This document shows positions 1 through 9,093 of a DNA stretch of 64,000 nucleotides, one piece after another (position 1 is the stretch's first letter; every line of letters begins with the position of its first letter). The notes under the pieces are model-generated. The model made no database searches and had not been told where the DNA came from. It saw only the letters and a list, made by a program, of their open reading frames with translations. Source of the stretch: Entomortierella parvispora E1425. Taxonomy: Eukaryota; Fungi; Mortierellomycota. The translations under genes were made by a program, and so were the position numbers. Where the stretch lies: positions 1,116,001-1,180,000 of the forward strand of contig BQFW01000013.1 of NCBI GenBank assembly GCA_020891255.1. Direction: 5' to 3'.

Positions 1-1949
1 CCCTCAAGTCCTTTTCACTTCGCATGCCTCACGATCGGAAGCTGAGGTGACGTTCAACCGTATATTGCGCCTTGTAAGCGGCTTATGGAAGGCGGCCATT
101 CTTGTCGAATAGCTACCCATGGAGAGTACAAGAACTGGATCGAAGGCCATGAGATCGAATTTGGCCATGTTGGAGTAAGTGATAGAGTGTCTCGCAACTC
201 CCGTAATTGCCCAACGGAATGGAAAAATAATAATAACCAGAGATGCTCTACTTTTTCACAGGGTGATCCTGGAGAACCAATTGAGCTCTGCGTGGAAAAT
301 GGCATGTTCACGGTATCCTTCATCCGTGAGGGCTTGAAAAAATTCAGAGGTTGGCTGGACGATAACATGAAAACACCCTGGAAAGCTTGCCAAAATACGG
401 ATGTGATCATTGAATCACCCTCAGCCATGGCAGGAATCCATGTCGCGGAGAAACTTGAAATCCCCTATTTTCGAGCCTTTCCGTTCCCTTGGAACCGAAC
501 TCGAGCCTTTCCTCATCCCTTCGCTGTCGCAGAGCGCAACCTGGGACGAGGTTACAACTACATAACCTATGCCACGATTGAGCAAGTCTTTTGGAAAGGC
601 GTTTCGGGTCAGATCAACAAATGGCGCCACCGTAGTCTAGGTTTGCCCGCAGCGACTTTAGAGCGGATGGAAGCTCATCGCGTAGCCGACCCTTTACTCT
701 TGGAGCCCATGTGTCGTCCCCGCTCCTATGGATTAGCATTCTTGGGTTCACGTAACTGGGTACCGGTTTCTGGACAATCCGGATCATTCTTGGACTCCAC
801 CAGACGGCCTAGAGGAATTTTTAGAGGCGGACCCCGACAATAAGCCCGTTTATATTGGCTTTGGATCTATGGCCGTCTCAGATCCAAATGAGATAACTAG
901 GACGATCATCGAGGCCGTCCTCAAGTCCAACGCTCGGGCGATTATCTCCAAAGGCTGGTCTGACAAGTCTGGATCAAAAGACGGATCGAAGACAACAAAC
1001 TACCCTGCCGCCATCTACATGCTTGAGTCTGTACCTCACGACTGGCTCTTTCATCGCCTCGCTGGCGTGGTCCATCATGGAGGAGCAGGAGCAACCGCCG
1101 CGGGACTTCGTGCAGGAGTCCTGACCATGATCAAGCTGTACTTTGGAGACCAGCGCTTTTGGGCCCAGCGTGAGGAAGATGATGGAGTCAGTGTTTGGTG
1201 CCGCGACCTCACGGTCAAGAAATTGTCTTCTTCATTGTCGACTATTACCACCGACGAGAAGATGATTAAGAAGGCTCAAATGATGGGAGAGCGTATTCGT
1301 GCAGAGGATGGTGTTGGCACTGCGATCCAGTACTTTTACCACGACCGAGCCCTTGCCAAGGGGCGCCTCGGAGATCAACAGAAGAAAAAAGAAAAGGTGT
1401 CAAGGTTCAATGGGATCTGGACAAACCAAAAGCCACAGGAGCCATGGACCGGGATTGGGCTCCAGAGAGAAAGTCCAGCCCCACTGTGACAACAACAATG
1501 GAGCATTCGGCCACATTTGGAGGCAAAAACAACCATACCAGAATGGACGATGCCATCTCTCATTGTAGTGACCGTCTCCAAACCTCTGCGACCGAACCAA
1601 TTCCAGACCATTTCGAAGAAAAAACAAAGGAGAGGAACGATAATCTGTCCCCGGTGGAACTTGCGGCTGACCTCGAGGCAATGCACCCCCTCACCCAGGC
1701 CAACCCACTCATGTTACCCATCTAGGATATTCTTCGAGTCATGGGGGTCCGGATGAAGACGGCGACGACGAGGACACGTGTTACCGAGATATCTCAAAGG
1801 ATGATTATGAGGATATGGGGGAGACAAAGAAGAATCCATCAAAGGTTCGAAAAGCGATGAAATCGCTCAAAGCGAAAGCGAAGCACGTCAAGGGTCGCCT
1901 GAGATCATCCTCTCCTGGCAACACCGGTGTCGAAACAAGGGAAGCCTAG
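1..1949 (+). pseudogene. Sterol 3-beta-glucosyltransferase (ATG26/UGT51-like) glycosyltransferase domain, disrupted; 5' part lies outside the window
   Basis: Frame 1 reads LTIGS*GDVQPYIA, with TGA at 43-45 where the family has GSRGDVQP. A +1 frameshift at about 685 separates HRV from PTLYSWSP. A TAG at 734-736 gives D*HSWVHVTGY. Then follow KPVYIGFGS, VPHDWLF and VHHGGAGATAAGLRAG. The C-terminal tail to about 1949 needs further frame changes. Confidence 0.85.
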
Positions 1950-2046
1950 CGCAAAAGGACAGTGATAGGCGACGAGTCGCCAACAGTATAACAATTCAAA
2001 GAATTAAGTAACGTAAAGCGTCCATTATTTTATTTTTTAGTCTGTC

Positions 2047-4133
2047 TCATAGTTCTCGTTTACCGACACCGGGAACAAAAGTGGATGGGGTTTGAGGCCT
2101 TGGTTGCAGTGCCCCCCCTACTGTGACAAAAGGGAGGAATTCTGCTTGAGGTCGGTCATAGCTGGCACGGTCGTTTGCCAATTGCATTACCCAGCGCGGG
2201 GTCCAGCGCAAAGCAACTTTCCTGATGATATCGTTAATCAAGCTCTGTTGAACCAACCCGAAGAAAGTTGCCAGGGGATATGTCAAATGAATCATTAGAA
2301 CGTCATCCAGTCATATTGTACCTTTTTATCGTGCGGAAGAAAAAAAAAACTGTGGTTACCTTCTTATTCATGAGATCTCCGAGATGCCTGGACATTTCCA
2401 CCATGGACTGTCCAGTAGGTGACCGAGCCTTGTAGTAGGCGGCAAAAACCTTTTCAATCTCGGGTACGGTATTGCTCTTCAGCTCCACAAGGTAATTGAC
2501 AAGCGTCAGCACGTCATGGATGGCTTGGTTTGCTCTACAAATGCAGACAGAAGTTCCATATTAGTCACGTTCCAGAAGCCATGAACGCTGGCATGATGAG
2601 CGATAATGGTGTTCGTTTTGAATGCCTACCCCTGTCCTCCAAATGGCATTACTTTGTGGCAGGCTAGAGAAATGATAAAGCGACGAGATAAGTATAAAAA
2701 AAACAGTTCATCATACAGTGAGTGAGTGAGTGAGTGGGTTTTTCTCATCTAGTAGTCGATTATTCGATTATATTACCGTCTCCAGTCAGGACAATGCGAC
2801 CCTTATACCATGTTTTGAAAAACTGTAAGGGGTTGGAATGAAGAGTGCGTTAGAGAACCTGTCCAACGGGATGATCCGTGTCTCTGTTGTCACAAACAAT
2901 CTGTTCAAACTATATAGCTCGGCTAAAAGGCGAGAGAATGAGGTTTACCTTTTCCTCGAGCATGACTTTTGCCATGTTGCCTCTTGGTGTTTTGTCCATG
3001 AGGAAGCCGAGCTCACAGCCATAGGCTGTAGGAAGTTCCCGGAATCCATAGGACATGCTCTCGGCCACATCCTCGCCCCAGTCCGACTGTTTGAAAATCT
3101 GCTTTTCACCAAACTTTTTGTCCTTACCATGGTGTTTGACCACCATCCACGATATCCTGTTGTAAGTCAAGGGAATACACCAATACTAATGGGAAAAAAA
3201 GTTCACTTCATTAGTTGCCTTTTTACTCTTTTCCATTTTTTCCCCCTTCTGTTTTCACATTCTTGCTTACGGAGCACGCAGCGTCCTTGGTAAGGATAGC
3301 CTGAAATTCTGAGAAGGTACCACTGAGCGCAGGGATCTGGACTGGGTCCAGTGGGGCGGTTACGCCAACCAGACAATCGTATTGGTAGCCCATAGGGATC
3401 GAATCCTGCTTTGGGAGATGCCCCTTAGTCTCCAGTTCCTTGTGTAGACATTGCCTTACACTACTATAAGCGCCATCGCACCCCACCAAGATATCACAGT
3501 GGAAGATCGACTTGTCGGAGCAATCCAAGATGACCTCGCCAGAGTTTTGGCGGATCTGAAGGACTCGCTTCCCAAATTTGATCTTGTGCCTAGGGACTTG
3601 ATCGGCCAAAAGTGCACAGAGGTCCTTTCTTGCGATGATCTGACAGTACTCTCCATATCTATGGGTCGTTTAATACAATAGTACCCACGAGTGAGTACTG
3701 CAGCTCGTCTGAGACGGCTCAAAAAAAAAAGTCCTTCGTACCTTTCCTTGATATCCAACGGCTTCTGGCTTGAATATGTGCCAATCACTTCCATGTCTCC
3801 TTCACGGAAGACCATAGCCCCAAAAGGCTTGGACAATCTTTTGATCTCATCCAGCAGTCCAAGCTGTTGAAACAACGGCTGAACGGAGGGAATCAGACAA
3901 ATGGCACTGCCTGCAGATGTGCGATCGGGAGAGAAGGTTGTATTAATAAGAGAGTAAAACGAGATCCGAATTGAGCAAATGAGTCTTTGGCTTTTACCGA
4001 GGGGGTTATGGCAGTGGTGCTTTTCGAGAATCTCGTACTCTATCTGCGCCTTCTCGAGGAGGATAGCCATGACCAATCCTCCAATGCCCGCGCCGACTAT
4101 AATGATTTTGAGGTTCGCTGCAGCTGTGGCCAT
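2047..4133 (-). CDS. FAD-dependent monooxygenase (FAD_binding_3 / salicylate-hydroxylase-like), multi-exon
   Basis: GAGIGG Rossmann motif, DILVGCDGAYSSVR and RIVLTGDACHKVMPFGGQGANQAIHD are joined by GT-AG introns. The apparent frame break at 3640-3741 resolves with one intron (ERYGEYCQIIARKDL). Confidence 0.9.
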
Positions 4134-5791
4134 TTTAGGGCTGTATGTATGTAGGTACTTGTGTACAGATATATGGAAAAAAAGGGAGGGTTCAGATGTC
4201 AAGACGGTGAATTGAGATGAATGCGACGAAGGGAGGGAATGGGAAAGGAGTGAACGGAATGGACAGAATGGAAACAATGGGAAGTAGGATGAGCAGCAAG
4301 GAGGACGATTATGAAAAGGGAGGGAGAGGATGGTGGACGCCTGTTGTGTTGTGTTGTGTTGATGTATGAAGGAAAAGGACGATAGAGAAGAATGAGGATC
4401 GAGCTCTTTGCTTCAGCGCCGGGTGAGTTGTTCCTGAAATTCGGTTCCCCCTCCGCTCTCGAGCTTCCAGCGGTTGTGCAAGCGCCGTTCTGGTTCGCTG
4501 ATGTGGTTGACCCCTCTCATGGGCATGGTCTTTTTACTGGTTTGTCATCTGTCCTCTGGGCAAGCAAGCAGCTGGGGGACGCGTCAACGATCTGTGTCCA
4601 GCTCTTGTGATTGTCGCAGTTGTTGCAGGCACTCTGGAAGCAATTTTGATCGAGATGAACATGAACACAAAAACAGTTGCTGCAGTCTTTTTGGACAGGC
4701 ACCCACATGTCCAAGAGAGTTTGGTGCAAGTGAGCACCTTGCCTTTTCTTTCTTTCTTTCGGCCAACTGTTGCTATATACTGAGTTGCTTCCGCCCTTGT
4801 CTTCTCACGAGCACGGGAGCAAAATTGCTATTGGATTCGCAACAAGGGAAATCGGGGCAAAAGGAGGACAGGACATCGAGAACGAGAGCACTTTTTTTTT
4901 GTTGTCTCTTCATGCACAACACACAGCAAGAGCTCTCTTACCTTGCCTGTTCCCACTCCACTGACCGCCCAGTTCTTCACTTTGTGGATTCAAATCAAAG
5001 ACAAATTACAACCCGGGGTCTGGATTATTTCTTTTTTGCGTTCATGGTCCAAATGTTGTGGTCGCGTTTTCTTCCGATTGTGCCCTTGAAAAAAAGCATC
5101 CTGTCAACAATAAACCAACAACCATGAATTCATTTGTGCTTGGCAACAAACAAAAGAGGGGCAGCTTATCCAATTCCTCTTCTCCCACCTTCCGCTATCT
5201 TTTTTTTTTTTTTTTCTTGAAACGATGACTGGACATTCTCTAAACCATCTGCCGAGGACATTTCAGTGAACTGCTATTATCAAAGGCGATACTTGTTGGC
5301 GTTCTGTGTCGACATAGGTTGCCCGCCGGTAGACGGCTAATCTGCAAAAGTCAATGGTGGGAAAGAAAGACCCTGCATGGTCAATGTTTCACATTTGTAA
5401 TTTTCTCCTGAACAGGCCTTTCGCCCTCGAGATCAAAGACGCGCCATAGATCATCTAATTGACAACCATGGAGAGCCTTCCTTTTGGGGTCACTTCTCCG
5501 CCGATCTTGACCTCCTCTAACCGTTGACTTTTTCGTCTAATGAAAACTGTGACGAAGTAGATAGAAGGTCATAGACGTGTTCGACAGCTTATCAAAGCAG
5601 TCGGTGGATAAAAGCCCATAGTTCTTCGTCCTTTACATATAGTCGTCCTCGTTGGCATGATAGAAAAATAATCTTAGTGGGCAACAACTTTGAGTATCCC
5701 TGCGGAGGGGTATGACTGACAGTTCCACGAGTGGAGGTGGTCCAAAAAGGAAGGTCTCCCTGCGATGTGGTCAGAAAGCTGAAAGAAGGTA

Positions 5792-7596
5792 GAGACCATG
5801 CCAAAAACATCCATACCTCTGATTTGAATGTCCGGTTTCATATGGATCTCCACCCCTTAATAAAAGTTATGACTTTTCGCGCACTCAAGGGGAGAAAGGG
5901 ACGCCACTCAGCTCTCTGGAGATGCAACTCCCATCTCTCTACCATGTCGGATCCTCGATTTAAACGGAATGCAGCACGACTGACTCGTAATGAATACTGC
6001 ATTCTGGCGAACGTCCAAAGCTACTTGAATGGGACTGGGGCCTTCCACGAGCACCGTGGCAAAGTCACCGCCCGCAAGCGTCTTGCCCTCATAACTGGGA
6101 TCGGTTCAGATACGGCGCGGAAAGCTATTCAGTTTTATAACGGCGTGGGGGAGGTTTCGGAGAAACGCATTGGTCGACCAAAACACATCATTGAGACTGA
6201 CTTGGGCGCAGCCATTCGAGAATTTGTGTTGGCATGCAACAAAGATGGAGTGCCTGTGACAACGAATCTAGTTTTGAAGGAGCTGCGGGAAAAACACGGT
6301 ATCGTTTTCGCGAAGCGAACCTTGGTCCGTCGATTAAAACGGCTAGGTCTTCATTACGGCAAAGGAAGCAGGAGGAATATCCTCCATGACTCCCAAGCGG
6401 TGATCGACTATCGTGATGTTTACATCGAGCGTCGCCTCTCGAATCTGAACCCCAAGGGTCTTCCAATTGTTCCTGAGGTGTTCCTTGATGAGTCATATTG
6501 TCATCTAGACCATCACAGTCTTCGGACATGGTTGCCTTCTGGAGGCTCTGTCAATGAGCGAGGACGAAAGCCAATGCTTGTCATTTTCGGTGCATTCGTG
6601 GTATTCCGAGTTGACAACAAGCTCAGGGCAGAGCTCGTCAAGAAAAGCATCCTCATCTGGCCGGTCAAGGGTCAATTGCGTGGTCGAGAGGGTGGACGTG
6701 CCGCAGACAACGAGCTATGGAAGACTGTTCCTGATTTTGTCCGAGAGGCGGGTATTGCCCCTGACTACCATGACTACCACGGTAACTTTGATGCGGATCT
6801 GTTTGAGCGATTGTTTGAGGCTCTGTGCACAACACTCCATGAAGACTATGGGCCTTGTCACATTCACATGGATGGCGCCAAGTACCATGTCCGCGAAGAG
6901 AATCCAGTACCGAAAGCAAGCTCCTGTGTGAGAGATATCCATTCGTGGTTCGAAAAGAATGGCATAGAGCTACCAACAAATGACCGGGGCAAGATCAAGT
7001 CTAGACTCGAGCTTCTTGAGCACATCAAAGGTCTCAACATCCCCAAGACCTTTGCTTCATACCGAATTGCACACGAATACGGACACACCATTTGCAAGAC
7101 ACCTCCGTATCATTGCGAGCTACAGCCGATTGAAATGGTCTGGGGAATGGTCAAGAACCCAATTGCAGCCAATCCTAACTTGGACGAGACTGAGCTGTCA
7201 CTGCGAAACCGCCTTTTGGGACTCTTCGCTGGCATTCAGGAGTCACAGCTTATTGCTGTTTGGAAAAAGACTGTCCAGGTTGGGAGGGACTATCGGATTC
7301 TCTACGAAAGACGACTCGAAAACAATGAAAACTACAGTGAAAGTGACGATGATGACCGCGAATTTGATAGTGACACAGACAACAGTGAAATTTCTAGTGA
7401 CGAGGAGGCATAGTATTTTCTATTTTTTTTCAGTACCATTGTTCTCAGTAGACATGACCCCAGTGAGTCCAGTCCATCATGGAACATCGTTTAGAGTCAA
7501 TGAAGTTTTTAAAATCAGAAGAGAATAGAAAAAAAAAAGGCAGAGGGGTGTGAGAATTTAGGTTTTGTGAGGTATGGATATTTGTGGCAAGATCTC
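5792..7596 (+). mobile_element. Full-length IS630/Tc1/mariner-superfamily DNA transposon (DD86E, Sailor-like), 1805 bp
   Basis: Left TIR 5792-5819 GAGACCATGCCAAAAACATCCATACCTC matches the reverse complement of 7569-7596 at 24/28 positions. TA flanks both ends (5790-5791, 7597-7598). It encloses a single transposase ORF. Confidence 0.88.
5944..7413 (+). CDS. DDE transposase, 489 aa, intronless
   Basis: Probable start is ATG 5944; the track start at 5731 lies outside the TIR. N-terminal HTH and winged-HTH-like segments are present. The triad is FLDES (D 6487), HMDGAKYH (D 6871) and PPYHCELQPIE (E 7132), with 86 residues between the second D and E. Acidic tail. Confidence 0.92.
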   Translation: MSDPRFKRNAARLTRNEYCILANVQSYLNGTGAFHEHRGKVTARKRLALITGIGSDTARKAIQFYNGVGEVSEKRIGRPKHIIETDLGAAIREFVLACNKDGVPVTTNLVLKELREKHGIVFAKRTLVRRLKRLGLHYGKGSRRNILHDSQAVIDYRDVYIERRLSNLNPKGLPIVPEVFLDESYCHLDHHSLRTWLPSGGSVNERGRKPMLVIFGAFVVFRVDNKLRAELVKKSILIWPVKGQLRGREGGRAADNELWKTVPDFVREAGIAPDYHDYHGNFDADLFERLFEALCTTLHEDYGPCHIHMDGAKYHVREENPVPKASSCVRDIHSWFEKNGIELPTNDRGKIKSRLELLEHIKGLNIPKTFASYRIAHEYGHTICKTPPYHCELQPIEMVWGMVKNPIAANPNLDETELSLRNRLLGLFAGIQESQLIAVWKKTVQVGRDYRILYERRLENNENYSESDDDDREFDSDTDNSEISSDEEA

Positions 7597-7627
7597 TATA
7601 TGACCCCAACAAAACAAAAAGAATCTG

Positions 7628-7710
7628 TGAAGAGAGTGGGATTTGAACCCACGCCTACGAATAGACCGCGGCCTTAACGCGGCGCCTTAGACCAACTCGG
7701 CCATCTCTCC
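7628..7710 (-). tRNA. tRNA-Leu (anticodon AAG), long variable arm, no intron
   Basis: Reverse complement folds as GGAGAGA-TG-GCCGAGTTGGTCTAAGGC-G-CCGCG-TTAAGGC-CGCGG-TCTATTCGTAGGC-GTGGG-TTCAAAT-CCCAC-TCTCTTC-A. A T5 Pol III terminator follows at 7616-7620. Confidence 0.97.
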
Positions 7711-7814
7711 AACTCGATATTTTGATCGAGACTTCTGTCATTCTTAATTCAGAGAACACGTGACCCATAATAATCTTTATTTCCCAGCAAAATAGCTATT
7801 TCCCAGCAATAATT

Positions 7815-8115
7815 AAGGCATCTGCCCTGGTGCCCAAGACAATCCCACGCTGGCCGACCAGCGCTTACTGGCTTGTGTGCGTGGCCAGGTTCATTTATCG
7901 ACATTAGAAAAGATGGGGAAGATCCATTTTTTGTAACATTTTACTCTTCTTTATTACACGGTGACGAGCCGTGGCATTTGTTGCGCGGGGATCCGGGGTC
8001 TTTGTTCGTCTGGACCACGCGGCTTAGCTCAGGTTGTAGATAGTTTGGTATCGCACTTCACTTCTTTGGCTCGACACAGCAAATAAAATGTTGCAAAAAA
8101 AAAAAAAAAAAAAAA
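7815..8115 (+). mobile_element. Poly(A)-tailed retroposed insert (5'-truncated non-LTR retrotransposon 3' end, or SINE)
   Basis: Identical 18-bp direct repeats TATTTCCCAGCAATAATT at 7797-7814 and 8116-8133. AATAAA at 8082-8087. An A21 tract at 8095-8115 directly abuts the second repeat. Confidence 0.72.
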
Positions 8116-8195
8116 TATTTCCCAGCAATAATTTCTCACTTCGCCCGCAAGCCATGATGTTGGTGGCAGTAAGTCTACTCACCACAGCCATTCTA

Positions 8196-8225
8196 AGAGA
8201 GAGAGAGAGAGAGAAAGAGAGAGAG
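8196..8225. repeat. (GA)n microsatellite
   Basis: Directly visible dinucleotide run with one interruption. Confidence 0.9.
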
Positions 8226-8287
8226 CGGCAACATGGTATCGTTTTATTGTCTCTGAGTCATGAAATATCAAGTTTAATGGCGACAAT

Positions 8288-8991
8288 TTAGGAGGTCTTT
8301 GACGCTGGTGGACTCTTCGGATCATCCTCGACGTTCTGCACAAGTTCTCCAATTGATTTTTCCAAGTCCTCGATCCTTGACGACATTTCATCCACTGAGA
8401 TAGAGACAAATGCATTACGAGACAGAGAATTGACAAAGAGGAAGCAGGGGTTAGTGAGTCTTCGCTGAATAAAATGTATCTTTTCAAGAACAAAAGGGGA
8501 TTGCAGTAGAATGAAACAGAAACGAGCCATACTCTTGTTAAAGATCTGTCCTGATACCCCGTCGAGCTTTGCGTTGATCTGTTCGAGCAACTTTTCAACC
8601 TATACAATGGAAGAGTAAAGAACAGGTGTCACGCGTTGGCCTTTAGTTTTTCGTGGAGATGCAGTGTCAGTTCATTCATCTCAATGTGAAGAGAAATGCA
8701 TACAAAGAGCGTGAGTTCCTGTGGACTGACGTTCTCGTTATTGGGGTCGTTATCGTGTTGAGGCGGTTGAAACTGTTGCTGCTGCTGCTGCTGCTGCTGT
8801 TGTTGTTGTTGCTGTGTTTGAGAATAGCCCTTGTTTCCAATGTCAAGTGAATGCGTTTGTGCTTGTGCTTGTGCTTGAGGTTGCAATGGTGCGGGGGTGG
8901 ATGACGACTCTGCATCAGGCTGACTCTCCTGGACCTGGGTTGGATTCACATCGTTTTCGCTGTCAGTGGCCATCATTCCTGTCGAGGTCAA
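8288..8991 (-). CDS. HSBP1: Heat shock factor binding protein 1-like, with Q-rich N-terminal extension; 3 exons
   Basis: Spliced reading SPQELTLF-VEKLLEQINAKLDGVSGQIFNK-..DEMSSRIEDLEKSIGEL matches the HSBP1 coiled coil. Confidence 0.8.
8773..8814 (-). repeat. CAG/CAA repeat encoding Q14
   Basis: 14 consecutive Gln codons in HSBP1 exon 1. Confidence 0.9.
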
Positions 8992-9093
8992 AGATGAGTG
9001 GTGTGTGTGTGTTTCTGCAAGGAATGAAATGAAAGAGAACGTGATATCGCGACTAGAATTTTTTTTAAAAAAAAAAATGGGTTTCTAAACTTT

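Noticed and set aside
43-45. In-frame TGA as selenocysteine, or TAG 734 as an A-to-I corrected stop
   Set aside because: The TGA replaces a conserved Arg, and a frameshift plus other damage accompany both stops. Pseudogenisation is simpler.
3640-3741. Apparent frameshift in the first monooxygenase
   Set aside because: One GT-AG intron ending CCCATAG restores ERYGEYCQIIARKDL.
4392-5127. Several ORFs upstream of the first monooxygenase
   Set aside because: No recognisable motifs or coding-like composition.
5731-5943. N-terminal 71 aa of the 560-aa track ORF
   Set aside because: It starts at a GTG outside the left TIR and runs through it; ATG 5944 is the plausible start.
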